Positions 49,013-59,393 of a stretch of 64,000 nt of DNA are shown piece after piece (within the stretch, counting starts at the first letter, position 1; each line of letters opens with the position of its first letter). Under the pieces are notes generated by a model that searched no databases, was not told where the DNA came from, and saw nothing but the letters and a program-made list of their open reading frames with translations. The translations under genes were made by a program, and so were the position numbers. Origin of the DNA: Candidatus Bathyarchaeota archaeon. GTDB lineage: Archaea > Thermoproteota > Bathyarchaeia > Bathyarchaeales > Bathycorpusculaceae. The stretch lies in NCBI GenBank assembly GCA_963702095.1, contig OY969706.1, forward strand, positions 64,001 through 128,000, written 5' to 3'.

Positions 49013-49125
49013 AACTAAAAAGGTTTAACGCGGCAATAAAAGAATATTGCAAAGTGCACGTCGATTCTGGGGCGCAGTAGCTTTAAATCCCCCAAGTCGC
49101 CCCTAATCTTTTCGGTGTTTCTGTT

Positions 49126-49689
49126 TTGAGCCAAAAAATCAAGGTTCTATCTTTCGCAGGCAGCTTAAGAGCAGGCTCCTACAACAAAGCCATGGTCCGT
49201 GCCGCCGTAGAAGTGGCACCGCAAAACGTAACCCTCGAAGTTTTCGATTTAGCTGGCATCCCACCCTACAACGCCGACCTCGAAGCTAACCCGCCGCAGA
49301 AGGTAGTGGAATTCAAAGAGAAAATCCGCCTAGCTGACGCCCTGCTCATCGCTAGCCCCGAATACAACTACTCCATCCCGGGCGTACTCAAAAACGCCAT
49401 CGACTGGGCCAGCCGACCCGCCAAAGGCAACCCATTGGAGGGCAAACCTGTGGCTATCATGAGTGCCTCCACAGGCAGGTTCGGTGGAGCAAGGGCGCAG
49501 TATCATCTGCGGCAGTCCTTTGTATTTCTCGATATGCACCCAGTTAACCGCCCAGAAGTCATGCTCTCAGACGCAGCCCACAACGTTGATCTCGAGGGTA
49601 GGGTAACTAACGAGGTGACGCGGGAGCTTATTGGGCAGTTGCTTGAGGCGTTGGCGGCATGGACAATTAAGCTCAAAACTCCGCCTTAG
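49126..49689 (+). CDS. NAD(P)H-dependent FMN reductase (ChrR/SsuE-like)
   Basis: GSLRAGSYN, PEYNYSIPGVLKNAIDW, GGARAQ. Confidence 0.92.
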   Translation: MSQKIKVLSFAGSLRAGSYNKAMVRAAVEVAPQNVTLEVFDLAGIPPYNADLEANPPQKVVEFKEKIRLADALLIASPEYNYSIPGVLKNAIDWASRPAKGNPLEGKPVAIMSASTGRFGGARAQYHLRQSFVFLDMHPVNRPEVMLSDAAHNVDLEGRVTNEVTRELIGQLLEALAAWTIKLKTPP

Positions 49690-49767
49690 CATTCCGTGGC
49701 GTACTCTGGGTTTGTTGTGAAAAGCCTTAAAACGGTTAACCAACACGTTAAGGCTTGGCGAATTCAG

Positions 49768-49794
49768 ATGAGAGTTATAGCGGACTTGCACATC
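49768..49794 (+). pseudogene. Displaced native 5' end of endoQ (MRVIADLHI) at attL
   Basis: ATG AGA GTT ATA GCG GAC TTG CAC ATC; continues as endoQ only if joined to 53791. Confidence 0.85.
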
Positions 49795-49851
49795 GCCATG
49801 TACACAAATGCTTAAATTCGGGTTCACGGTAATACACAATCGGCGATTAGG

Positions 49852-51442
49852 TTGGTACGTAAACGGTTAGACGGTTGGAAATTCGTCAAAGACACCCAAG
49901 AACACCTTTATCCTAAAGAACGGGAAATGCTGGATTTCATCAAGGCTGAGAAGCAGCTCTCAGTTGAGCAACTTTTAGAGAAGTTGAAGTACGGCAAAGC
50001 CCAGAAGAGAACCATCGAAATAACCGCTTACCGTCTCAGGCAGAAGGGCTTAATCGACTCAATCATCACATTGGTAGAGGGCGAGGTTTCTAAGGAGGTC
50101 AGGGAGCTAACTCAGTCGAGCGAAGCACTCAAAGCGTGGACTCGACGCCTCAACTCTCAGGAAACCATCAACAAATTCCTCTATTTGTACCTGCGATATT
50201 TTGGGTGGATTAAGCAAAAGGGCTGCTATCAGACTCCCGACGAAATGATTGAGCATCAACAGAACGCCGAGTCCAACAAGGAGCGCTTCAAGGACATTAC
50301 CCTCATTGAAGACTACCTCTTAGAGTCTAAACTTCCAGCGCCTCAGCAGAAAAGCACCTACACGGCAATAAGGAGCTTCTATAAACACAACAAAGCTGCT
50401 CTTCCAGCCTACCCTATCCAGTTCAAAACCAAGAACAACAAGCCCAAAGTAACTGAGGAACCCATCACTCTGCCGGAAATCAAAGAGTTACTCAAGAACG
50501 CTAACCCCCGAGAGCAAGGCATCTTCCTGTGTTGTCTTCATGCAGGCTTGGACCGCTCAACCTTCTGCAAAGTGTTTAACCTTAATGCATGGCCGCAAAT
50601 TGTCAAGCAGATGGGAACCGAGAACGCTGACGATTGGGACCTCTCAAAAGCTCCTGTCAAAATAGAGTTGCTCCGGCCTAAGACTCAACAGGAATACTAT
50701 AGTTTCCTCTCAGTCGATGCTCTAAAAGCCATCCAAGCATGGCTAAAAGTCCGGGAAACGTTGACAGGTAAGAAGATGAGCGCTGGAGAACCCCTCTTTT
50801 TGACGGCGAGAAGAGAACCCATGCAAGTAGACAACGTGAGCGGCCTCTTCAATCGCTTAGCCATATCTGCGGGGCTGGAAGCAAAGAAGTACGGGAAGGC
50901 CGTCAGAGGTTAGATACCGCTTCCATGCTCACGAGCTCCGAGACACCCTAAAAAGCGCTTGTTCAATGGCGGGGGTGGTGACAGCGGTTTCTGAGTTCAT
51001 CATCGGCCATGAAATCGACTCTCTGCATTATGACAAGAGCCCTCAAGCATACCCAGACCATTTCAGAGCGGAATATCGCAAGGTAGAAGTCCACATCAAT
51101 ATCTTCAGCTCTGAAGAGGCTACGGCCAAAAAACTTGAGGCCGTTGAAGAGAGACTCGCACAGAAGGACTCAATCATAGGGAGCTTAGTTGAGGACAAAA
51201 AAGCATTGGAGAACCGAGTCGAACGCATGGAGCGCATGATGATGAACTTTGAGAGGGTCCTCAACCAACAGCCAGGAGCAACCACAATCCAAGCGGAAGA
51301 GCAGAAACAAGCGGCATGGAAAGAGCATCTAAAACAGCATCCAGAGCTTCAGCTCTCAGTCGAGGACACAGCGGACCCCGTGAAGCTTGAGCAGTTCTTG
51401 AAGGCCTACAAAGGGTTCCAAGAGCAGAAAATCACAGCCTAA
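49852..51442 (+). CDS. Tyrosine integrase with N-terminal wHTH; apparent 1-nt insertion near 50902
   Basis: GLDRS, RPKT; removing G after GGCC gives SEVRYRFHAHELRDTLKS...IGH...YDK. Confidence 0.88.
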
Positions 51443-51578
51443 ACGCCTTTTTTTTCTTTGTGTTTGCTGGGCAAAATAAGGCTTTTTTTGAGCCCTATTT
51501 TTGATTTAAAGGCTGTAAAAACGTGCAACAAGCCTTAAGTACATACTTCGTTCATACCTCAGATTCAGGGTAAAAAGC

Positions 51579-51731
51579 ATGAAGAAAAGTGGAAGAATCA
51601 TATTTCGCGCCGACAAAGCCTTCATCGAAGAAATCTCCCAAATCGCTGAAGAGCTTGACGAAAGTCGGTCGCGTCTGATTAGGAAAGCCATCAAAGAGAA
51701 AATCGCCGCTTTGAGAGGGGTTCAGGCGTGA
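51579..51731 (+). CDS. CopG/RHH DNA-binding protein (50 aa)
   Basis: RIIFRADKAFIEEISQIAEELDESRSRLIRKAI; GTGA overlap with next ORF. Confidence 0.75.
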   Translation: MKKSGRIIFRADKAFIEEISQIAEELDESRSRLIRKAIKEKIAALRGVQA

Positions 51732-52105
51732 CGAACCAAACCACAGCGACAATAGACGACCCCAGCAGAGACGACCATGTGCAGAACTGGGAGCTCTTTC
51801 TTGAAGAGCGCAAAGATGTCGCCGACAGAGCGGTCGCCGAGACTGAAGCGATTGAGCAACGGGCAAAGCAAATTGTTGCCAGCGTGAGAAGGGGTGCGGC
51901 TGAGCGCTTAAATCAGGAAAGGGCGAAGGCCTACAAGGAAGAAGCTGAACGAAAAATCAAGGACGCCCTGACTCCGAGAGAAAAACAAGCCGTCAAAGCC
52001 GTAAGCGAAATGTGGCAGAGACAGCCGCAAGTTCACCCGCCATCATCCGAGCCCAAAGGCGTTCTCGACCTCTACGCGATTCGTCAAAAAAGGATTCGCC
52101 CATAG
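51728..52105 (+). CDS. Hypothetical coiled-coil protein
   Basis: Coupled to RHH gene. Confidence 0.65.
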   Translation: MTNQTTATIDDPSRDDHVQNWELFLEERKDVADRAVAETEAIEQRAKQIVASVRRGAAERLNQERAKAYKEEAERKIKDALTPREKQAVKAVSEMWQRQPQVHPPSSEPKGVLDLYAIRQKRIRP

Positions 52106-52166
52106 ATTTCTTGAGATGGTAGCCCAACCTGCCGTCTGAGAGATTTCTAAAAAGGAGGATGGAAGG

Positions 52167-52817
52167 ATGGGCATAGCAGTAACTCAGAGTCCAAACAAAA
52201 AGCCAGCTAAATCTATGGAAGAGTCCAAAGAAAAAGCCGACTTTTCTCCAAAGATTTTTACGACTCACCCTAAAAGCGGGAAGAGACGCAAGAACAAACG
52301 CTCAATCTTTGAAGATAGTACGGCTAAAAGCCGACTTTCTTCCATAGAACATGAGCTTGGTTTATCGGGGTTATTTGAGGGAGAAGTTTACCATTTAAGC
52401 TTTGATTGCCCTAAACCGCTTGCAAAACTGTTTAAAGAGTCAACAAAGGCTAATGGAACCAGCATTTGCAAAGAACTCCAGAAATATGCCTTATCATATT
52501 GCGCAAACCATGTACTTGAAAAGTCGGCTTTTGGCAGTACTTTGAGCAGGGTTTTGAAGCCTAAACTCACTATTGAGAACTTGAATTTTGAGCAGTACTG
52601 CCAGACAAGACCTCGTCGCTGGATTCCAAAGTCCGCTGAGGAGGTGAAAGTCGTCGATGCTGAAGGGGTGAAAGGCAAGTTCTGCGAGGTTGGCGGGGGA
52701 GCCTGTAAGGAGCCTGCGGTCACTGTGGGCGTCTATTTGCCCACTAAGAAAGAGTACCGTCTCTGCTCTAAGCATGGAAACCTGTTTGCTGAGACATCAA
52801 GCTGGAGGGTTCATTGA
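52167..52817 (+). CDS. Hypothetical protein with RHH-like segment and C-terminal zinc finger
   Basis: HLSFDCPKPLAKLFKE; CEV....C...CSKH. Confidence 0.65.
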   Translation: MGIAVTQSPNKKPAKSMEESKEKADFSPKIFTTHPKSGKRRKNKRSIFEDSTAKSRLSSIEHELGLSGLFEGEVYHLSFDCPKPLAKLFKESTKANGTSICKELQKYALSYCANHVLEKSAFGSTLSRVLKPKLTIENLNFEQYCQTRPRRWIPKSAEEVKVVDAEGVKGKFCEVGGGACKEPAVTVGVYLPTKKEYRLCSKHGNLFAETSSWRVH

Positions 52818-53083
52818 TGAGCTGTCAAGGGTGTAAGGGTGAGGCGAAACCCTGCCAAAACCGTAAGGCAAAGGAGACAAGAGAAGGACTCTTTCGTCAT
52901 TTGGACGCTGTAATAAGCCTCTCACTGGAAAAAATCAAGGCTCGGGGCAACTCTGACAGAGCAAAACTGAGCTATGGACGTCTGCTCTGTACCGCCATTT
53001 CCTGTTATGGGGACTTGCTGAAGGACGCGGAGCTGGAGTCTATCGAGGCGCGTCTTGAGAGGCTGGAGGGGGTGAAGTCGTGA
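52814..53083 (+). CDS. Hypothetical helical protein
   Basis: GGAGG SD; ELESIEARLERLE; overlapping operon. Confidence 0.6.
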   Translation: MMSCQGCKGEAKPCQNRKAKETREGLFRHLDAVISLSLEKIKARGNSDRAKLSYGRLLCTAISCYGDLLKDAELESIEARLERLEGVKS

Positions 53084-53403
53084 GTAATTTTAAGAAGCGT
53101 GTTGCAGTCTTGGAGAGGTTCCGTGCACCTGTCAACTCTTCGCCGTCTAAGGTCTATGCTGGAGACATCCCAGAGGGTACAAAGGTAATCAAGGGCCGTT
53201 TTTGGCATCCGAACCCTGAAATTTGTAGGACCCTACCTCAACCGACAACTGGTCTTAGCATGTGGAGCCCTGGAGGGGCTGTGCAGGTCTTTGACGAGTC
53301 AAATTGGCATTTGCTGCCCTGCTATGGTTGTGCAAGCTTCGGCCATCAATGCAGTGGACCGGTGAGCGTGAAGCTCAACGTCAAGAGGAGTGCGGATGCA
53401 TGA
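53080..53403 (+). CDS. Hypothetical Cys-containing protein
   Basis: GGTGA SD, GTGA overlap; CYGC....C. Confidence 0.55.
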   Translation: MSNFKKRVAVLERFRAPVNSSPSKVYAGDIPEGTKVIKGRFWHPNPEICRTLPQPTTGLSMWSPGGAVQVFDESNWHLLPCYGCASFGHQCSGPVSVKLNVKRSADA

Positions 53404-53573
53404 CTAAAAAGTACCCAAAAGACTACAAAGTCACAAAGGGGCTCTGGAAAAATAGGGGTGAGAATGTGCCTCACTGCGCTAAGTGCCGTCGCCGATTCAA
53501 GGTCGGCATGTGGGTGCACAGGTTGAACAAGCGGCTTCTCTGCCAGAAATGCTATGATGGCATGTTCGTCTAA
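53400..53573 (+). CDS. Small zinc-finger protein (57 aa)
   Basis: ATGA overlap; CAKC...LLCQKCY. Confidence 0.65.
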   Translation: MTKKYPKDYKVTKGLWKNRGENVPHCAKCRRRFKVGMWVHRLNKRLLCQKCYDGMFV

Positions 53574-53584
53574 CCTTTTCCGTC

Positions 53585-53686
53585 GACGGAGGTCTCCCTT
53601 TCCGTCTGGGCTCCCCGGGTTGCAGAATGGGCAAAACTGCGCTCGGGTCCCGGGTGCTGGGCTGGAGCCTTAGCGAAGCTTTTTTT
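53585..53686 (+). ncRNA. Candidate compact structured RNA (hairpin + three-way junction + U-tract)
   Basis: GACGGA/TCCGTC, GGGCTCC/GGAGCCT, CCGGG/CTCGG, TGCAG/CTGCG, CCCGG/CTGGG, then AGC-GAA-GCT and T7. Confidence 0.45.
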
Positions 53687-53760
53687 ATGTCTCAAGTGTT
53701 TTAGCCCTGTCTGTATGGGAGATGTAGTGAGCGCTTGAGATTAAGGGGGAACCTATTGGT

Positions 53761-55058
53761 TTGACTCGTGTATATGCGGACTTGCACATCCACGGCAGAT
53801 TCAGCCGCGCAACCAGCGAACAGATGAACTTAGAGGAAATTGCCAAGTACGCAAAAATCAAAGCGGCCTCACCCTGGTAGGCACAGGCGACTTCACCCAT
53901 CCTCTGTGGCTACAGGAAATCCGTGAGGTCCTCACCCCCGACACCGACACAGGACTGCTTAAACTTGCCAAAGTGGACTCGCCCGTGCGGTTTATGCTGC
54001 AAACCGAAGTCTGCACCATCTTCGACCACGAGGGGGAATCCAAAAAAGTCCACCACGTCATACTCACACCAAGCCTCGAAACCGCAGACCAAATCAACGA
54101 GCGCCTTGTAAAATTCGGCGACTTAAAAGCCGACGGACGCCCAATACTGGACTGCACCGCACCGCAGCTAGTCGAGGAAGTCATGGCCGTCAGCGGTGAC
54201 AACATGGTGTTCCCCGCGCACGTTTGGACTCCGTGGTTTAGTATCTTCGGTGCTTTCAGCGGTTTCAACACTGTTGAGGAATGCTATCAGGACATGACTA
54301 AGCACATCCACGCGTTGGAAACCGGGTTGTCTTCGGATCCTCCGATGAATTGGCGCCTAAGCGGACTCGACAAATACGCGCTCTTATCGAATAGCGACTG
54401 CCACAGTTTCTGGCCTTGGCGCATCGGCAGAGAAGCCAATGTCTTCGACCTTCCCGACTTCGCTTACAACCAAGTTATTTCAGCCATATCTGACAATGAC
54501 CCAGAACGCTTCAAATTCACCATCGAAACCGACCCCGCCTACGGCAAATACCACTGGACCGGACACCGCAACTGCAAAATCAGCCTCTCACCCCCCGAAG
54601 CCATCAAATTCGGCAACGTCTGCCCAGTCTGCCGCCGCAAACTCACCAAAGGCGTCGAACAACGCATTGAAGAACTCGCCGACCGCCCAGCCACCTACAC
54701 ACGCCCCGACGCACCTGGCTTTAGGCGACTGCTACCGCTCTCAGAAGTCATCGCTGCCGTCGTCGGAACCGACTCGCCCTCGACACAAGCCGTTTGGAAA
54801 ATCTACAATGCACTTGTGGGGAAATTCGGCGACGAATACTCCGTGCTCATCGATGCGCCGCTGGATGCGTTGTCTGCGGTTGCGGATGCACCGTTTGCAC
54901 AGGCGATTCTCAAAGTGCGGGAAGGCACCGCTAAAGTTACGCCAGGCTACGACGGCGTCTATGGACAGCTTGAGTTGGGCGTTGAAACACCGAAGGCTAA
55001 GCCAAGGTCGCCGCCAGTGCCTACAGTGCAGCAGCGGAGCATGAGCGACTTCTGGTAA
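53761..55058 (+). CDS. endoQ: Endonuclease Q (PHP domain), start supplied by the element; apparent 2-nt insertion near 53863
   Basis: ADLHIHGRFSRATS, GTGDFTHP, PAHVWTPW, ETGLSSD, NSDCHS, GKYHWTGHRNC, CPVC, PGYDGVYG. Confidence 0.9.
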
Positions 55059-55138
55059 CTTAATCAAGTCACCGTTTGTCAGATTTGAAACGCATTGTTT
55101 AATTCCCACATTAATTCTAGCTTTAGTGGACGATTACT

Positions 55139-56524
55139 TTGAAGGACCTTCTAACAAAACTCAACGGTGCCGCAACCGCCAAGTATGGCGCTTCCTACGC
55201 TGAAACCCGTGCACAGCGGCTCACCAAAACCATGCTTACCCTCAAGGAGGAACGGGTAGAAGCAGCCAAACAGGGCATTGAATCGGGCGTTGCTATCCGC
55301 GTGCTCGTAGACGGCGCATGGGGATTCGCCTCGGTAGGCTCCATGGACCCAAAGATTTTGGAAGCAGCGGTTTCTGACGCCTGCAAAATGGCGAAACTCG
55401 CCAGCAGCCGCCTCAAAAACCCCATCAAACTTGCAGCCGCCAAAACCGTCGAAGCCCACGTGGCTGCAAAACCCAAAAAGAATCCCTCCGACATCGCCAT
55501 GGAAGACAAAATCAAAACCGCCTTAACCATAAACAAGACCAGCCTCGCCTACGACAGCCGCATAAAAAGCTGCAGCGCAGACTACCTCGACTTGATGGGC
55601 AACAGCACTTTTGCAAACAGCGAAGGCACCTACATCGAACAGGACAAACTCTACGTTTGGGCGCGGCTGACGGCTTCGGCTGAAAGCGGCGGAGTCTTCA
55701 CCTATAGCCGCGAGGAAATTGGATCCACTTTTGGCTATGAACTCTTCGACGACCAGCCACCCGAGGAATTGGGCAACAAAGTCGCCAAACGTGCTATCGA
55801 ACAAATCAGCGCTAAGGCGCCTAAGGGAGGCAAAAGCCCCGTTGTCTTGGGACCTAACGTGGTGGGGGTGTTTGTGCATGAAGCTTTTGGGCATCTTGCC
55901 GAAGCAGACTTGGCGCTCTCAGGAGGATTGTTGGCAAGCAACATGGGCAAGAAGTTGGGCTCTGACTTAGTCACGTTCTATGATGACGGCACTTTAGCGG
56001 GTTCTTTTGGCGCGTTCGGGTACGACGACGAAGGTGTCGCCAGCCAAAAAACCCTGCTCATAAAAGACGGCGTGGTGGCGGGGTTGATGCATAACCGCGA
56101 AACCGCACAGAAATTCAACGCAGAGCCCACAGGCAACGCACGCGCCGAGGACTTCCGAGTTGAACCCATCATCCGCATGCGCTGCACCTACATGGCGCCC
56201 CGCGACCACAAGCTTGAGGAGCTATTGGAAGGTGTCAAGGAAGGTTTCTACTTCAAGAGTTTCCGCGGAGGCCAAGCCAGCTTAGATGGCACCTTCCAAG
56301 TGGGCATACAGGAAGGCTACGAGATCAAAAACGGCGAAGTCGGCGAGGCAGTGCGAAACGCATCCATCAGCGGCAACACGTTAGAGACGCTGCATAAGGT
56401 GGATGCTGTTGGCAAAGATTTTATGCTGGACCCTGGAAGGTGCGGGAAGGGGCAGACGGCGTTTATCTGTGACGGTGGACCGCACATAAGAATCAGCGAG
56501 GTGGTTGTCGGTGGCAGTGCTTGA
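55139..56524 (+). CDS. tldD: TldD family metalloprotease
   Basis: GWGFA-like, [28 protein letters not shown]. Confidence 0.92.
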   Translation: MKDLLTKLNGAATAKYGASYAETRAQRLTKTMLTLKEERVEAAKQGIESGVAIRVLVDGAWGFASVGSMDPKILEAAVSDACKMAKLASSRLKNPIKLAAAKTVEAHVAAKPKKNPSDIAMEDKIKTALTINKTSLAYDSRIKSCSADYLDLMGNSTFANSEGTYIEQDKLYVWARLTASAESGGVFTYSREEIGSTFGYELFDDQPPEELGNKVAKRAIEQISAKAPKGGKSPVVLGPNVVGVFVHEAFGHLAEADLALSGGLLASNMGKKLGSDLVTFYDDGTLAGSFGAFGYDDEGVASQKTLLIKDGVVAGLMHNRETAQKFNAEPTGNARAEDFRVEPIIRMRCTYMAPRDHKLEELLEGVKEGFYFKSFRGGQASLDGTFQVGIQEGYEIKNGEVGEAVRNASISGNTLETLHKVDAVGKDFMLDPGRCGKGQTAFICDGGPHIRISEVVVGGSA

Positions 56525-57878
56525 AAAAGATTTCATGATTAGCTTAGCCGAGAACACGGTGAAAGCAGCCCTGAAACTGGGCGCAGCAGAGGCAGAAGCC
56601 TACGTTTACGAGGGCCAAGCCACCAACATCGGCATCGATCTGGGCCAAATCAGCAAAACCAACCGCATAATCGACCTCGGCGTAGGCATACGCACCATAG
56701 CCGACAAAGCCGTCGGATTCGCCTACACCAACATCGTAGCCGACAAAGCTGCCCTAGAAAGCGTCGTCGCCCGTGCACTGAGCGCTGCAAAAGCCAGCAA
56801 ACCCGACCCTGACTGGCGGGGGCTGCCCCAAAAGAAACCCTACAGCACAACAGAGGGCACCTTCGACCAGAAAATAGTTGAGTTGAGCCCCGAAGACCTC
56901 GTCAAAGTAACCGCCGCAATGCTGGACTCTGCAGGCGAAGTTGACAAACGCGTCTTCTCCATTGAGGGCGGAGTCGGCAGCGGATACGTCGCCAACGCCA
57001 TCGCCAACTCCAACGGCGTCTCCGGCTACGACAGGGGCACAATCGTGGAGTGCAGTTTGGCGGCGCTGGCAAAAGAAGGCGGCGCAGTCACACCGGTGTG
57101 CTTCGAGTTTAATGCTGCCAGAAACTACAGTCTCGACCCATCTTGGGTGGGCAAAGAAGCCGCGAAGTTGGCAGTGTCCGCGCTCAAGCCTAAGCCGGTG
57201 GAATCGAAACCAACCAAGGTCATTTTAACCCAGTTTGCACTGCAGGACCTCTTCGCCTACACCCTGATGGGCGCGGTGAAAGCGGATAGTGTCCAGCGCA
57301 ACCAGTCGCCGTTTAAGGGCAAAATCGGAGAGCAAGTCGCTTCAGAGAACCTATCCATCTACGACGACGGTTTGTACCCCACAGGACTGCGCACGTCAAT
57401 CTTCGATGGGGAAGGCGTGCCCCACCAAAACACCCCAGTCATCGAAAAAGGCGTCCTCAAAAACTACCTCTACGACAACTATGCCGCCAAAAAAGACGGC
57501 GTCCAAAGCACAGGCAACGCCTCACGCGCAGGCTACCTCAGCACTCCAGGCATCGACACCACCAACTTCCACATCACCCCCCAAAACAAAACCACAGAAC
57601 AAATGCTCTCTGAAGTCGGCGACGGCTTAATCATTTACTACCTCCAAGGCGCACACAGCAGCAACCCAGTGAGCGGAGAATTCTCTGTGGTGGCGACGCC
57701 ATGCTGGAAAATCAAGGGCGGAGAAATAACCCATTCATGCGGTGGCGTGATGCTGGCAGGCAACATCTTTGAACTCCTCAAAAACATCTCAGTGGTCGGC
57801 GGCAACGAACGGCAAATGGGCTCAATAATTGCGCCATGGGTGATTGCGGATAATGTGCGGGTAATCGGTAAACAGTAG
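56505..57878 (+). CDS. pmbA: PmbA/TldE family protein
   Basis: FDGEG, STGNA, SGEFS; lacks HExxH; coupled to tldD. Confidence 0.9.
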   Translation: MSVAVLEKDFMISLAENTVKAALKLGAAEAEAYVYEGQATNIGIDLGQISKTNRIIDLGVGIRTIADKAVGFAYTNIVADKAALESVVARALSAAKASKPDPDWRGLPQKKPYSTTEGTFDQKIVELSPEDLVKVTAAMLDSAGEVDKRVFSIEGGVGSGYVANAIANSNGVSGYDRGTIVECSLAALAKEGGAVTPVCFEFNAARNYSLDPSWVGKEAAKLAVSALKPKPVESKPTKVILTQFALQDLFAYTLMGAVKADSVQRNQSPFKGKIGEQVASENLSIYDDGLYPTGLRTSIFDGEGVPHQNTPVIEKGVLKNYLYDNYAAKKDGVQSTGNASRAGYLSTPGIDTTNFHITPQNKTTEQMLSEVGDGLIIYYLQGAHSSNPVSGEFSVVATPCWKIKGGEITHSCGGVMLAGNIFELLKNISVVGGNERQMGSIIAPWVIADNVRVIGKQ

Positions 57879-57921
57879 AAAATTAGAAACTCTTGAGCAG
57901 GCGAACTGTACCTGTTTACGG

Positions 57922-58166
57922 CCCTGCTAGTGCTCGCCCTGTATTGTGCTGTCGTTGCTGTTCACTGTCTCGCTAAGAAAGCAAACGATACATGGTTTCA
58001 CATACACATCGCGTCCGCTTCCGCATGGAATCATGTGCCGCGTGTGGAAGAAAACGGATTTCTCACACCGAAACGGGCGCAAAAAACGTTGCAACCAAAA
58101 AAGCAACCGCATCCAGTTGCAGTATTGTGGCAATTCTATGGCCGCCACACCCACAAAGAGAGAAAC
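57922..58166 (+). repeat. Dispersed intergenic repeat, copy D
   Basis: TGCTAGTGC..GCTGTTCACTG..GATAC..CATGGAATCATG..GTGTGGA..TGGCAATTC..CGCCACACCCAC..AAAGAGAG. Confidence 0.85.
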
Positions 58167-58187
58167 AACAAAAAAGAGAAAAGGGGG

Positions 58188-59393
58188 TTAGGGCACCCAG
58201 AAACTCTTGGAGTACTCGCTCAACACGCCCTCGTAGATGCGTTTGGTCTGCTGCGCTATCTTTTCCCAATCATACTTCTCCCTAACAGTGCGGTAAGCGT
58301 TTTCACGTATGTAGTGGGCGTAGCCTTCGTCAAGCAGTATCTTGTTTATCCCCCAAGCCAGCGAATCGGGGTTGTTGGGGTAAACTTTAACACCGTTATA
58401 GTCATGCTGGATGATCTCTGTTAAGCCGCCGGTGTCTGAAGCAACCACAGGGCTCTTCGCCGCCATAGCCTCCAACGCCACGATGCCAAACGGTTCAAAC
58501 AGCGACGGCACCACGGACACGTCGGCGACTTTCTGCAGCTTCAGCAGTGTGGCTTCGTCTATGAAGCCTTGGAAGAGCACTTTATGCTCCAACCCCATGC
58601 TGCGAACGATGTTTAACAGCTGCTCTTTCATGTAGCCGCTGCCCACAATGATGAATTTCGCGTTAACTTTGCCTAGGATTTTGGGCACTGCGTTGATGAG
58701 GATATGGATGCCTTTCTCGTAAACCAATCGCCCCACGAAAAGCACGATTTTTTCTTCAGGCAACGCAAAGCGGCTTCTGAAGGCTGCGTCGGCACCGTTG
58801 ATATCATAGCCGTGGGTGTTGACGCCGTTAGGCACCATTACCAACTTGTCGCTGGGTAACCCGAACACGTATCGGACGTGGGATATCATGTAGTCGCTGC
58901 AGCAGATGACTTTCCAGGCTTCATAGGTTAACCAGGCTTCGGTTTCATGAATCATCCTCTCGGCAGTAGTGTGTAAACCGTCGCGTCTGCCCATTTCGGT
59001 TGAATGCATCGTTACCAGCAGGGGCTTTCGGAAAACATGCTTCAACCCGATGCCCGCATTCGCGACAAGCCAATCGTGCGCATGGATAACGTCTATTTTA
59101 TCGGAGATTTTCCTCATCAATGCTGCGGCTTCTTTTTGCATGTTCATGTTCATGAGGTAAACCCACGTGGCGAAGTCAGGCGAAGGGTTCTTGTAAGAAT
59201 CCACTCGGTACACTTCTACGCCGTCGACTACTTCATGGGCTGCTGCGCCCGGAAAATCGCAGGTGACCACGTAGACTTTGACGTCTTGTTTGGCTAGGAA
59301 CTTGGATAGATGGTAAATGTGGGGGGATATGCCGCCGATGACTCTGGGCGGGTACTCCCAGCTAAGCATCAAAACGGAAAGTTTATGTTGCAT
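58188..59393 (-). CDS. GT4 glycosyltransferase (glycogen-synthase-like)
   Basis: SWEYPP, HAHDW, VGRLVYEKG, EPFGIVALEAM. Confidence 0.93.
   Translation of the reverse strand: MQHKLSVLMLSWEYPPRVIGGISPHIYHLSKFLAKQDVKVYVVTCDFPGAAAHEVVDGVEVYRVDSYKNPSPDFATWVYLMNMNMQKEAAALMRKISDKIDVIHAHDWLVANAGIGLKHVFRKPLLVTMHSTEMGRRDGLHTTAERMIHETEAWLTYEAWKVICCSDYMISHVRYVFGLPSDKLVMVPNGVNTHGYDINGADAAFRSRFALPEEKIVLFVGRLVYEKGIHILINAVPKILGKVNAKFIIVGSGYMKEQLLNIVRSMGLEHKVLFQGFIDEATLLKLQKVADVSVVPSLFEPFGIVALEAMAAKSPVVASDTGGLTEIIQHDYNGVKVYPNNPDSLAWGINKILLDEGYAHYIRENAYRTVREKYDWEKIAQQTKRIYEGVLSEYSKSFWVP

Larger units (their letters stand above)
49780..53790. mobile_element. 4.0-kb integrative element inserted in endoQ, 15-bp att core GCGGACTTGCACATC
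   Basis: Exact direct repeat at 49780-49794 and 53776-53790; integrase adjacent to attL. Confidence 0.92.

Noticed and set aside
53608-53680. HDV-like ribozyme assignment for the element 2 structure
   Set aside because: A 7-bp P1 with G-U is present, but the P1.1 GG and P2/P3 nested pseudoknot could not be built.
55139-57878. tldD/pmbA as part of the graspetide cluster
   Set aside because: More than 40 kb away, outside the element and widespread as housekeeping genes; only a possible in-trans role.
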